A stretch of 64,000 nucleotides of DNA. It comes from Heterodontus francisci (lineage: Eukaryota). The translations under genes were made by a program, and so were the position numbers. The stretch spans positions 76,693,300 through 76,757,299 of the forward strand of contig NC_090387.1 in the NCBI RefSeq assembly GCF_036365525.1, given 5' to 3'. Within the stretch, counting starts at the first letter, position 1, and each line of letters opens with the position of its first letter. A model generated the notes under the pieces. It saw nothing but the letters and a program-made list of their open reading frames with translations. It was not told the origin of the DNA and did no database searches. Shown in pieces: positions 10,972 to 22,999 of this stretch.

Positions 10972-13900
10972 GTTTTCTTTTCTTTTCTTCTTTTGGGCCT
11001 CCTTATCTCGAGAGACAATGGATACGCGCCTGGAGGTGGTCAGTGGTTTGTGAAGCAGCGCCTGGAGTGGCTATAAAGGCCTATTCTGGAGTGACAGGCT
11101 CTTCCACAGGTGCTGCAGAGAAATTTGTTTGTCGGGGCTGTTGCACAGTTGGCTCTCCCCTTGCGCCTCTGTCTTTTTTCCTGCCAACTACTAAGTCTCT
11201 TCGACTCGCCACAATTTAGCCTTGTCTTTATGGCTGCCCGCCAGCTCTGGCGAATGCTGGCAACTGACTCCCACGACTTGTGATCAATGTCACACGATTT
11301 CATGTCGCGTTTGCAGACGTCTTTATAGCGGAGACATGGACGGCCGGTGGGTCTGATACCAGTGGCGAGCTCGCTGTACAATGTGTCTTTGGGGATCCTG
11401 CCATCTTCCATGCGGCTCACATGGCCAAGCCATCTCAAGCGCCGCTGACTCAGTAGTGTGTATAAGCTGGGGGTGTTGGCCGCTTCAAGGACTTCTGTGT
11501 TGGAGATATAGTCCTGCCACCTGATGCCAAGTATTCTCCGAAGGCAGCGAAGATGGAATGAATTGAGACGTCGCTCTTGGCTGGCATACATTGTCCAGGC
11601 CTCGCTGCCGTAGAGCAAGGTACTGAGGACACAGGCCTGATACACTCGGAGTTTTGTGTTCCGTGTCAGTGCGCCATTTTCCCACACTCTCTTGTCCAGT
11701 CTGGACATAGCAGTGGAAGCCTTACCCATGCGCTTGTTGATTTCTGCATCTAGAGACAGGTTACTGGTGATAGTTGAGCCTAGGTAGGTGAACTCTTGAA
11801 CCATTTCCAGAGCGTGGTCGCCAATATTGATGGATGGAGCATTTCTGACGTCCTGCCCCATGATGTTCGTTTTCTTGAGGCTGATGGTTAGGCCAAATTC
11901 ATTGCAGGCAGACGCAAACCTGTCGATGAGACTCTGCAGGCACTCTTCAGTGTGAGATGCTAAAGCAGCATCATCAGCAAAGAGGAGTTCTCTGATGAGG
12001 ACTTTCCGTACTTTGGACTTCGCTCTTAGACGGGCAAGGTTGAACAACCTGCCCCCTGATCTTGTGTGGAGGAAAATTCCTTCTTCAGAGGATTTGAACG
12101 CATGTGAAAGCAGCAGGGAGAAGAAAATCCCAAAAAGTGTGGGTGCGAGAACACAGCCCTGTTTCACACCACTCAGGATAGGAAAGGGCTCTGATGAGGA
12201 GCCACCATGTTGAATTGTGCCTTTCATATTGTCATGGAATGAGGTGATGATACTTAGTAACTTTGGTCGACATCCGATCTTTTCTAGTAGTCTGAAGAGA
12301 CCACGTCTGCTGACGAGGTCAAAGGCTTTGGTGAAATCAATGAAAGCAATGTAGAGAGGCATCTGTTGTTCGTGGCATTTCTCCTGTATCTGACGAAGGG
12401 AGAACAGCATGTCAATGGTCGATCTCTCTGCACGAAAGCCACACTGTGCCTCAGGGTAGACGCGCTCGGCCAGCTTCTGGAGCCTGTTCAGAGAGACTCG
12501 AGCAAAGACTTTCCCCACTATGCTGAGCAGGGAGATTCCACGGTAGTTGTTGCAGTCACCGCGGTCACCTTTGTTTTTATAGAGGGTGATGATGTTGGCA
12601 TCGCGCATGTCCTGGGGTACTGCTCCCTCGTCCCAGCACAGGCATAGCAGTTCATGTAGTGCTGAGAGTATAGCAGGCTTGGCACTCTTGATTATTTCAG
12701 GGGTAATGCTGTCCTTCCCAGGGGCTTTTCTGCTGGCTAGGGAATCAATGGCATCACTGAGTTCCGATTTGGTTGGCTGTATGTCCAGCTCATCCATGAC
12801 TGGTAGAGGCTGGGCTGCATTGAGGGCAGTCTCAGTGACAGCATTCTCCCTGGAGTACAGTTCTAGGTAGTGCTCAACCCAGCAGTCCATCTGTTTGCGT
12901 TGGTCAGTGATTATGTCCCCCGATTTAGATTTGAGGGGGGCGATCTTCTTGATGGTTGGCCCAAGAGCTCTCTTCATGCCATCATACATTCCTCTGATGT
13001 TTCTGGTGTCTGAGGCCAGCTGAATATGACTGCATAGGTGTTGCCAGTAGTCGTTTGCGCAACGCCTAGCTGTTCTTTGTGCAGTACTTCTGGCTGCTTT
13101 AAGTGCTGCGGATGTTAAATCGCTGTGGGCTTTCTTGTAGTTCAACAGTGCAATGCGCTTAGCGACTATGACAGGTTCCAGCTCTTCATTATGAGATTGA
13201 AACCAGTCTGCATTTCTCTTCGCACTTTTGCCGTAGGTGGTCAAAGCTGACTCATAGATGGCGTCTCTGATGTGGGCCCACTTGGTCTCAGCATCCCCTG
13301 TGGGAGTGTTTTGAAGGGCTGTTACAAGTGAATTTAGAAATTTTTGTAACAGCTGTGGGTGAGAAATTCTGCTCGTGTTGATGCGCGGGTGGCCCTTCTG
13401 CTTGGAATGATGCAACTTCTTTGGTCTGAGTCTAACCTTGCTGCACACCAGGGAGTGGTCGGTGTCGCAGTCCGCACTGTGGAAGCTGCGTGTGATTTGA
13501 ACACTGTTTAAGGCGGCTCGCCTTGTGACAATGAGGTCTAGCTGGTGCCAACGACGTGATCTTGGGTGCCTCCATGAAACCTGGTGACAGGGTTTAGTGT
13601 GAAAGAACGAGTTGGTGATGCAGAGGTTATGATAGGTACACAACTCAAGCAGTCTCTGCCCGTTCTCATTCATCCTTCCAACGCCATAGCGCCCAAGGCA
13701 GGAGGGCCATGAGTCATGGTCGGCCCCAACCCTGGCATTAAAGTCCCCCAGCAGGAATAGGTGTTCGGTGTTGGGGATGCTGCTAATGATGTTATGGAGT
13801 TGTTCATAGAACTGGTCTTTAGCTTCAGGTGGGGAGCAGAGTGTTGGAGCATAGATGCTGAGTAGGTGTACTGGACCAGAGGTGGTGAGCAGTCGGATGG

Positions 13901-14769
13901 ACAGTATGCGTTCCGAGCCATTTGAGGGAGGCTCTATAATGCTGAGCAAAGAGTTTCTGATGGCGAAGCCCACTCCATGCTGTCTTGGTTCTTCAGGATC
14001 CCTGCCCTGCCAGAAGAAGGTGTAGTCTTGCTCTGCTAGAGAGCCACTCGTGGGGAGGCGAGTCTCCTGAAGTGCTGCAATGTCCACATTGAATCTACTG
14101 AGCTCGTTGTTAATGATGGTGGTCTTCCGAGAATCGTTGATTTGTGTAAGGTCTTCCGACAGGCCAGGACACATAGTTCTGACGTTCCAGCTTGCAAAGC
14201 GAAGGGCTGGTACCTTCTTTCCTTTTTTCATGTTGTTTGATGTGGTGTATCAGTCCACCATTCGGGCAATGACCCTGAGCTCCAAGCACCCATTGAAGCA
14301 GGCAGACTGTGGCGGGACAGAACCTTATTGACCCGGGGCTGCCCGGTTTGAGGCGGGCGGTAGCTGTCCAGTGAGGTGCAATGACCTCTCCCACCGACAA
14401 AGGCAACCCGTGGCGCCCAGTTTCTATGCCAATTTATCTGGACTTATAACCCGTAACTGCTGCCTTCCGTGTTGTTTTAGTCGCTGTGAGGCAACTATGG
14501 AGTGACCTCTCCATGGCGCATGCCTGGGCAAATTTATGGAGGTTGAGAGTTGCCCAGTCATCAAAACCCCCCTCTCGGCCTTTCTGGTGGGGTCCAAAGG
14601 AGTGCAGGACACGACGTTTGGCACCAGTATGGCTGCAGGAACTGCCGGAAACATGCCAAAGGTGACACATGACCGCCTACGGGGTTCCGCTCCGGATTTT
14701 CTGTTAGGGTTTACTCCCTTAGCCTTGGTCTCTCCCGAGATGCCCACAAGGCAGTGGGCACCTATCAAG
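10972..14769 (-). mobile_element. Full-length RTE LINE
   Basis: ~540-bp 5'UTR, single ORF, short 3'UTR, purine-rich tail. Confidence 0.95.
11040..14231 (-). CDS. RTE ORF: AP endonuclease, reverse transcriptase and C-terminal C2H2-like finger (1063 aa, uninterrupted)
   Basis: APE motifs WNVRT, LQETR, IYAP, GDFNA, TDH; RT motifs QCGFR, DFTKAFD, GVKQG, FADD, YLGS; C-terminal CSTC..HSRIGLYSH. Confidence 0.95.
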   Translation of the reverse strand: MKKGKKVPALRFASWNVRTMCPGLSEDLTQINDSRKTTIINNELSRFNVDIAALQETRLPTSGSLAEQDYTFFWQGRDPEEPRQHGVGFAIRNSLLSIIEPPSNGSERILSIRLLTTSGPVHLLSIYAPTLCSPPEAKDQFYEQLHNIISSIPNTEHLFLLGDFNARVGADHDSWPSCLGRYGVGRMNENGQRLLELCTYHNLCITNSFFHTKPCHQVSWRHPRSRRWHQLDLIVTRRAALNSVQITRSFHSADCDTDHSLVCSKVRLRPKKLHHSKQKGHPRINTSRISHPQLLQKFLNSLVTALQNTPTGDAETKWAHIRDAIYESALTTYGKSAKRNADWFQSHNEELEPVIVAKRIALLNYKKAHSDLTSAALKAARSTAQRTARRCANDYWQHLCSHIQLASDTRNIRGMYDGMKRALGPTIKKIAPLKSKSGDIITDQRKQMDCWVEHYLELYSRENAVTETALNAAQPLPVMDELDIQPTKSELSDAIDSLASRKAPGKDSITPEIIKSAKPAILSALHELLCLCWDEGAVPQDMRDANIITLYKNKGDRGDCNNYRGISLLSIVGKVFARVSLNRLQKLAERVYPEAQCGFRAERSTIDMLFSLRQIQEKCHEQQMPLYIAFIDFTKAFDLVSRRGLFRLLEKIGCRPKLLSIITSFHDNMKGTIQHGGSSSEPFPILSGVKQGCVLAPTLFGIFFSLLLSHAFKSSEEGIFLHTRSGGRLFNLARLRAKSKVRKVLIRELLFADDAALASHTEECLQSLIDRFASACNEFGLTISLKKTNIMGQDVRNAPSINIGDHALEMVQEFTYLGSTITSNLSLDAEINKRMGKASTAMSRLDKRVWENGALTRNTKLRVYQACVLSTLLYGSEAWTMYASQERRLNSFHLRCLRRILGIRWQDYISNTEVLEAANTPSLYTLLSQRRLRWLGHVSRMEDGRIPKDTLYSELATGIRPTGRPCLRYKDVCKRDMKSCDIDHKSWESVASIRQSWRAAIKTRLNCGESKRLSSWQEKRQRRKGRANCATAPTNKFLCSTCGRACHSRIGLYSHSRRCFTNH

Positions 14770-14863
14770 GCACTAGGGACCACATAGTTAAGTGTATCAT
14801 AATTTAGTAAGGATTTAATAAGTATTTATTTATTTTATATTAATTAACTAATTAGTGCTAGAA

Positions 14864-15645
14864 ATGACAGTTAGAGGGGTCAAGTGCTTCACCTGTGAGA
14901 TGTGGGAGGTCCGTGACGCTTCCAGCATTCCGGGCGACTACATCTGCAGGAAGTGTACCCAGTTGCAGCTCCTCACAGACCGCATGGATCGGTTGGAGCA
15001 GCAACTGGATGCACTTAGGAGCATGCAGGTGGCGGAAAGCATCATAGACAGGAGTTTTAGAGAAGTGGTTTCACCCAAGGTGCAGGCAGATAGATGTGTG
15101 ACCGCTAGAAGCAGCAGGCAGTCAGTGCAGGAATCCCCTGTGGCTATCCCCCTCTCTAACAAGTATATCGTTTTGGATACTGTTGGGGGGGATGGCCTAT
15201 CAGGGGAAAACAGCAGCAGCCAGAGCAGTGGCACCACGGCTGGCACTATTGTTCAGCAGGAAGGGACAAAGTGCAGAAGAGCAATAGTTATAGGGGACTC
15301 TATAGTCAGGGGCACAAATAGGCGCTCCTGTGGACGTGAAAGGGACTCCAGGAAGGTATGTTGCCTCCCTGGTGCCAGGGTCAAAGATGTCTCTGAACGG
15401 ACAGAAAGCATTCTGAAGGGGGTGGATGAACAGCCAAAGGTTGTGGTACACATCGGTACCAATGACATAGGCAGGAAGAGTGATAAGCAGCTGGTGAAGA
15501 AGGGAGGGTTTCAGATATCTGGACCATTGGGCTCTCTTCAGGGACAGATGGGACCTGTACAAGGAGGACGGGTTGCATCTAAAATGGAAGGGCACTATAT
15601 CCTGGCTGCAAGGTTTGCTAGCGTCACTCAGGAGGGTTTAAACTA
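14864..15645 (+). pseudogene. CR1 ORF1 (zinc finger, coiled coil, SGNH esterase-like), damaged in its 3' part
   Basis: CFTC..CRKC, IGDSIVRG, CLPGA, HIGTND. Confidence 0.85.
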
Positions 15646-15646
15646 A

Positions 15647-18570
15647 TGTGGCAGGGGGATGAGAACCAGAGCAGTCGGACAGCTCGTGAAATAAATGAGG
15701 AGGACATAGTAAATAAGGCCAGTAGGACTAAGAGGAAGAGCATGCAGGGAGATGTTGCTGAGCACAGCGGGACTGGTGGTCTGAAGTGCATTTGTTTCAA
15801 TGCGAAAAGTAGAACAGGTAAGGCAGATGAACTTAGAGCTTGGATTAGTACTTGGAAATATGATGTTGTTGCTATTACAGAGACTTGTTTGAGGGAAGGG
15901 CAGGATTGGCAGCTAAATGTTCCAGGCTTTAGACGCTTCAGGCGGGATAGAGGGGGATGTAAAAGGGGTGGGGGAGTTGCATTACTGGTTAAGGAGAATA
16001 TCACAGCTGTACTGCGGGAGGACACCTCAGAGGGGTCGTGCAGCGAGGCAACATGGGAGGAGCTCAGGAATAGGAAGGGTGCAGTCGCGATGTTGGGGGG
16101 TTACTGCAGGCCTCCCAACAGCCAGCGGGAGGTAGAGGAGCAGATATGTAGACAGATTTTGGAAAGATGTAAAGGTAACAGGGTTGTAGTGGTGGGTGAT
16201 TTTAAATTCCCCAATATTGACTGGGACTCACTTAGTGCTAGGGGCTTGGATGGGGCAGAATTTGTGAGGAGCATCCAGGAGGGCTTCTTGAAACAGTATG
16301 TAGATAGTCCAACTAGGGATGGGGCCATTCTGGACCTGGTATTGGGGAATGAGCCCTGCCAGGTGGTCAAAGTTTCAGTCGGAGAGCATTTCGGGAGCAG
16401 TGACCATAATTCCTTAAGTTTTAAGGTACTTGTGGATAAGGATAAGAGTAGTCCTCGGGTGAAGATGCTAAATTGGGGGAAGGCTAATTATAACAATATT
16501 AGGCAGGAACTGAAGAATTTAGATTGTTTGGGGGTAAATCAACATCTGACATGTGCGAGTCTTTCAAACGTCAGCTGATTAGAATCCAGGACCACCATGT
16601 TCCTGTGAGGAAGAAAGACAAGTTTGGCAAGTTTCGGGAACCTTGGATAACACAGGATATTGTGAGCCTAGTCAAAAAGAAAAAGGAAGCATTTGTAAGG
16701 GCTGGAAGGCTAGGAACAGATGAAGCACTTGAGGAATATAAAGACAGTAGGAAGGAACTTAAGCAAGGAGTTAGGAGGGCTAAAAGGGGTTATGAGAATC
16801 ATTGGCAAACAGGATTAAGGAAAATCCCAAGGCTTTTTATACATATATAAAGAGCAAGAGGGTAACCAGGGAAAGGGTTGGCCCACTCAAGGACAGAGAT
16901 GGGAATCTATGCGTGGAGCCAGATGAAATGGGCGAGGTGCTAAATGAGTACTTTGCATCAGTATTGACCAAGGAGAATGACTTGGTGGATGATAAGCCGA
17001 GGGAAGAGAGTGCAGATAGTCTCAGTCATCTCATTATCAACAAGGAGGAGATGTTGGGTGTCTTGCAAAGCATTAAGGTAGATCAGTCCCCAGGGCCTGA
17101 TGGGATCTACCCTAGAATACTGAGGGAGGCAAGGGAGGAAATTGCTGGGGCCTTGACAGAAATCTTTGCATCCTCATTGGCTACAGGTGAGGTCCCAGAG
17201 GACTGGAGAATAGCCAATGTTGTTCCTTTGTTTAAGAAGGGAGGTAAGGATAATCCAGGAAATTATAGGCCAGTGAGCCTTACGTCAGTGGTAGGGAAAT
17301 TATTAGAGAGGATTCTTCAGGACAGGATTTACTCCCATTTGGAAACAAACGAACTTATTCGCGAGAGGCAGCATGGTTTTGTGAAGGGGAGGTCGTGTCT
17401 TAATTTGATTGAGTTTTTTGAGGAAGTGACGAAAATGATTGATGAGGGAAGGGCGGTGGATGTTGTCTATATGGACTTTAATAAAGCCTTTGACAAGGTC
17501 CCGCATGGCAGACTGGTGCAAAAGGTGAAGTCACACGGGATCAGAGGTGAGCTGGCAAGATGGATACAGAACTGGCTCAGTCACAGAAGACAGAGGGTAA
17601 CAGTGGATGGGTGTTTTTCTGAATGGAGGGATGTGACTAGTGGTGTTCCGCAGGGATCAGTGCTGGGACTTTTGCTGTTTGTAGTATATATAAATGATTT
17701 GGAGGAAAATGTAGCTGGTCTGATTAGTAAGTTTGCGGATGACACAAAGGTTGGTGGAGTTGTGGATAATGATGAGGATTGTCAGAGGATACAGCAGGAT
17801 ATAGATCGGTTGGAGACTTGGGCGGAGAAATGGCAGATGGAGTTTAATCCGGACAAATGTGAGGTAATGCATTTTGGAAGGTCTAATGCAGGTGGGAGGT
17901 ATACAGTAAATGGCAGAACTCTTGGGAGTATTGACAGGCAGAGAGATCTGGGCGTACAGGTCCACAGGTCACTGAAAGTGGCAACACAGGTGGATAAGGT
18001 AGTCAAGAAGGCATACGGCATGCTTGCCTTCATCGGTCGGGGCATAGAGTATAAAAATTGGCAAGTCATGTTGCAGCTGTACAGAACCTTAGTTAGGCCA
18101 CACTTAGAATATTGTGTGCAATTCTGGTCGCCACACTACCAGAAGGACGTGGAGGCTTTGGAGAGGGTACAGAGGAGGTTTCCCAGGATGTTGCCTGGTC
18201 TGGAGAGCATTAGCTATGAGGAGAGGTTGGAAAAACTCTGATTGTTTTCACTGGAATGACGGAGGTGGAGGGGCGACATGATAGAGGTTTACAGAGTTAT
18301 GAGCGGCATGTACAGAGTGGATAGTCAGAAGCTTTTTCCCAGGGTGGAAGAGTCAGTTACTGGGGGACATAGGTTTAAGGTGCGAGGGGCAAAGTTTAGA
18401 GGGATGTGCGAGGCAAGTTTTTTATAAACAGGGTGGTGAGTGCCTGGAACTTGCTGCCAGGGGAGGTGGTGGAAGCAGATATGCTAGCGACGTTTAAGAG
18501 ACATCTTGACAAATATATGAATAGGAAGGGAATAGAGGGATATGGGTCCCGGAAGTGCAGAAGGTGTTAG
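15647..18570 (+). pseudogene. CR1 ORF2 (APE-RT), frameshifted
   Basis: Pieces 15646-16578, 16524-16850 and 16802-18241; motifs AITET, SDH, PGPDG, QHGF, GVPQG, FADD. Confidence 0.95.
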
Positions 18571-18699
18571 TTTAGGCAGGCATCAATTCGGCGCAGGCTT
18601 GGAGGGCCAGATGGCCTGTTCCTGTGCTGTACTGTTCTTTGTTCTTTGTTCTTTGTTTAGGCATATTCTCTGGGGATATGGGCTTGGTTGCCACCATAA

Positions 18700-19035
18700 G
18701 GGGCGGCGCAGTGGTTAGTACCCTCACAACTCAAGCAACCCGGGTTCGGTTCTGGGTACTGCCTGTGTGGAGTTTGCAAGTTCTTTCCGTGACTTTTTGG
18801 GTTTCCTTTGGGTGCTCCAGTTTCCTCCCACATGCCAAAGACTTGTGGGTTGAAAGGTAAATTGGCCATTGTAATTTGCCCCTAGTGTAGGTAGGTGGTA
18901 TACGAATTGAGGAAAGGTGCGGATGTGTGAGGCAAATGCGATTAATGTAGGATTAATATAAATGGGTGGTTGATGGTCAGCGTGGACATGTTGGGCCGAA
19001 GGGCCTGTTTCGGTGCTGTATCTCTCTATAACTCC
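18700..19035 (+). mobile_element. V-SINE (older copy)
   Basis: Same layout as 727-1073, more diverged. Confidence 0.85.
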
Positions 19036-19174
19036 AATGGACTTTATGAAGTCTACAGCAATTTTGTAGAGACCAAGCCTGCCCAGATTGGGACTGTTTA
19101 CACCTGTCTAGTATCTGACATCTCTCTTCTACTGCCAGCCTTAGTTTTTTCGATAAATGTTAAAATAATCACAA
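19036..19174 (+). pseudogene. Ig C1-set exon, 3' half (pseudogene A)
   Basis: NGLYEVYSNFVETKPAQIGTVYTCLVSDISLLLPA contains the C1 F-strand YxCxV motif; candidate phase-1 GT donor at 19175. Confidence 0.8.
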
Positions 19175-19303
19175 GTACAGCAAATTGCTTTAAATCGTTA
19201 GCTCGTATTTACAAATTATGTGTTCTTGCTGGACAAGAATTCAAAATTCACCCATGATAGAGTATGAAGAAAGGCTGTTGTTGATGATTTTTTAACAAAA
19301 GTT

Positions 19304-22300
19304 CTTCTTCTTCTTCTTCCTCTTCTTCTTCTTTGACTTCCTTGATTCGAGAGACAATGGGTAAGTGCTTAGAGGTGGTCAGTGGTTTGTGGAGCCGCGC
19401 CTGCAGTGGCTATAAAGGCCAATTCTAGGGTGACAGACTCTTCCACAGGCGCTGCAGATAAAATTGGTTGTCGGGGCTGTTACACAGTTGGCTCTCTCGT
19501 TGCACTTCGGTCTTTTTTCCGGCCAACTGTTCAGTCTCTTCAACTCACCACTCTTTAGCCCCGCCTTTATGGCTGTCTGTCAGCTCTGGCGATCACTGGC
19601 AACTGACTCCCACGACTTGTGATCAATGTCACAGGACTTCATGTCGCGTTTGCAGACATCTTTAAAGCGGAGACATGGACGGCCGGTGGGTCTGATACCA
19701 GTGACGAGCTCGCTCTACAATGCGTCCTTGGGGATCCTGCCATCTTCCATGTGGCTCACATGACCAAGCCATCTCAAGCGTCGCTGGCTCAATAGGGTGT
19801 ATATGCTGGGGATGTTGGCTGCCTCGAGGACTTCTGTGTTGGAGATATGGTCCTGCCACCTGATGCCAAGGATTCTCCGATGGAATGAGTTGAGACATCG
19901 CTCTTGGCTGACATACATTGTCCAGGCCTCGCTGCTGTAGGGCAAGGTACTGTGGACATAGGCTTGAAACACTCGGACTTTTGTGTTCTGTGTCAGTGCG
20001 CTATTTTCCATCATCCTCTTGGCCAGTCTGGACATAGCGGCGGACGCCTTTCCCATGTGCTTGTTGATTTCTGCATTGAGAGACAGGTTACTGGTGATAG
20101 TTGAGCCTAGGTAGGTGAATTCTTGAACTACTTCGAGAGCGTGGTCGCCGATATTGATGGATGGAGCATTTCTGAACTCCTGTCCCATGATGTTTGTTTT
20201 CTTGAGGTTGATGGATAAGCCAAATTCATTGCAGGCAGCCGCAATCTTGTCGATGTGTGTCTGCAGACACTTTTCTGTGTGGGATGTTAATGCAGCATCG
20301 TCAGCAAAGAGGAGTTCTTTGATGAGGACTTTCTGTACTTTGGTCTTTGCTCTAAGACGGGCAAGGTTGAACAACCTGCCATTTGATCTTGTGTGGAGGA
20401 AAATTCCTTCTTCTGAAGACTTGAATGCATGTGAGAACAGCAGTGAGAAAACGATCCGAAACAGTGTCGGTGCGAGAACACAGCCCTCTTTCATGCCACT
20501 CAGGATAGGAAAGAGGTCTGATGAGGCACTGCTATGCTGAATTGTGCCTTTCATATTGTCATGCAATGAGGTGATGATACTTCGTAGCTTTGGTGGATAT
20601 CCAGTCTTTGCTAGTAGTCTGAAGAGACCACGTCTCCTGACGAGGTCAAAGGCTTTGGTGAGATCAATGAAAGCAACATAGAGGGGCATCTGTTGTTCAC
20701 AGCATTTCTCCTGTAGCTGGCAAAGGGAGAACAGCATGTCAATGGTGGATCTCCCTGCTTGAAAGCCACACTGTGCCTCAGGGTAGACTCGCTCAGCCAG
20801 CTTCTGGAGTCTGTTTAAAATGACTTGAGTGAAGACTTTCCCCACTATGCTGAGCAGGGAGATTCCACAGTAGTTGTTGCAGTCTCACCGTGCTCACCCT
20901 TGTTCTTATAGAGGGTGATGATATTGGCATCACGCATGTCCTGTGCTACTGCTCCCTCATCCCAGCACAGGCAAAGTAGGACATGGAGTGCTGACAGCAT
21001 AGTAGGCTTGGCACTCTTGATTATTTCAGGGGTAATGCCATCCTTTCCAGGGGCTTTTCCACTGGCTAGAGAATCAGTGGCATCACTGAGTTCCGATTTT
21101 GTTGGCTGTTTGTCCAACTCATCCATGACTGGCAGAGACTGGGCTGAATTGAGGGCAGTATCAGTGACAACATTTTCCCTGGAGTACAGTTCTAGGTAGT
21201 GCTCCACCCAGTGGTCCATTTGCTTGCGTTGGTCAGTGATCAAGTCCCCCGATTTAGACTTGGGCGGGGGCGGGGGGTGGTGGGGGGGTGGCGATCTTCT
21301 TGATGGTTGGCCCAAAAGCTCTCTCAATGCCATCATACATTCCTCTGATGTTTCCAGTGTCGGAGGCCAGCTGAATACGACTGCATAGGTGATGCCAGTA
21401 GTCATTTGCACAGCGCCTGGCTGTTCCCTGTGCAGCGCTTCGGGCTACTTTACGTGCTATGGATGTTAACTCGCTGGGGGCTTTCTTGTAGTTGAACAGT
21501 GCAGTTAGCGGCTATGACAGGTTCCAGCTCTTCAAAGTGAGATTGAAAGCAGTCCGCAGTCTGCTTCTCACGTTTGCCAAAGGTGGTCATTGCTGAGTCA
21601 TAGATGGCGTCTCTGATGTGGGCCCACTTCATCTCTGCATCCCCTGCAGGAGTGTTTTGAAGGGCTTTTTCAAGTGAATTTAGAAACTTATGTAATAGCT
21701 GTGGATAAGTAATTCTGTTAGTGTTGATGCACAGGCGGCCCTTCTACTTGGAGTGATGTAGTTTCTTTGGTTTGAGTCTAACTTTGCTGCCCACCAGGGA
21801 GTGGTCAGTGTTGCAGTCCACACTGTGGAAGCTGCGTGTGATTTGGACACTGTTTATAGAGGCTTGCCTTGTGATGAGGTCCAGCTGGTGCCAACGATGT
21901 GATCTTGGGTGTCTCCATGAAACCTGGTGACAGTGTTTAGAATGAAAGAACGAGTCCTGCTCTGCACTCCTTTGGACCCCACTAGGAAGGCTGAGAGGGG
22001 TTTTTTGATGCTTGGGCAACTCACAACCTCCATACATTCTGCCCAGGCATGCGCCATGGAGCGGTCACTCCATAGTCGCCTCACAACATAGTCGACCAAA
22101 ACAACATGGAAGGCAGCAGTTATGGGTTATAAGTCCAGCTCAATTGGCGTAGAGATTGGGCACCACGGGTTGCCTTTGTCAGTGGGAGAGGTCATCGCAT
22201 CGCACTGGACAGCTACCACCCACCTCAAACCGGGCAGCCCCCGGTCAGTAAGGTTCTATCCCACCAAAGTCCAGCTGCTTCAATGGGTGCTTGGAGCTCA

Positions 22301-22968
22301 GGGTCATTGCCCGACAAGTGGACTGTAACACCACACCAAACAGCACGACAAAAAAAAAAGGAAAGAAGGTACCAGCCCTTCGTTTTGCAAGCTGCAACGT
22401 CAGAACTATGTGTCCTGGCCTGTCGGAAGACCTTACACAAATCAACAACTCTCGGAAGACCACCATCATTAACAATGAGCTCAGTAGACTCAATGTGGAC
22501 ATTGCAGCACTTCAGGAGACACGCCTCCCTGTGAACAGATCTCTAAGAGAGCAAAACTACACCTTCTACTGGCAGTGTAGGGATCCTGAAGAACCAACAC
22601 AGCATGGAGTGGGCTTCGCCATCAGAAACTCTTTGCTCAGCATGATAGAGCCACCTTCAAATGGCTCGGAGTGCATGCTGTCCATCTGACTACTCACCGA
22701 CTATGGTCCAGTCCACCTACTCAGCATCTATGCTCCAACACTCTGCTCCCCACCTGAAGATAAAGACAAGTTCCAGGAGGAACTCCGTAATACCATTAGT
22801 AGCATTCCCAATACCAAACATTTGTTCCTGCTGGGGGACTTTAACGCCAGGGTTGGGGCCAACTATGACTCTTGGCCCTCCTGCCTTGGGACTATGGCAT
22901 TGGAAGAATAAATGAGAATGGACAGAAACTGCTTGAGTCGTGTACCTATCACAACCCCTGCGTCACCA
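19304..22968 (-). mobile_element. RTE LINE with 5' inversion (19304-21955 minus, 21956-22968 plus)
   Basis: Broken RT/APE ORFs; inverted 5'UTR plus N-terminus (KKGKKVPALRFAS); TSD CAAAAGTT at 19296-19303 and 22967-22974. Confidence 0.92.
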
Positions 22969-22999
22969 AAAGTTATGTAACTGCAAATATAAATGACAA

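Larger units (their letters stand above)
10201..18656 (+). mobile_element. Full-length CR1 LINE with an RTE inserted in its 5'UTR
   Basis: 5'UTR 10201-10566 and 14775-14863, ORF1, ORF2, 3'UTR with (TTCTTTG)n tail. Confidence 0.9.

Noticed and set aside
14330-14412. HDV-like fold deeper in the RTE 5'UTR (GGGUUGC/GCAGCCC as P1)
   Set aside because: L3 lacks the U-G pair, and no convincing P2 or catalytic C strand was found
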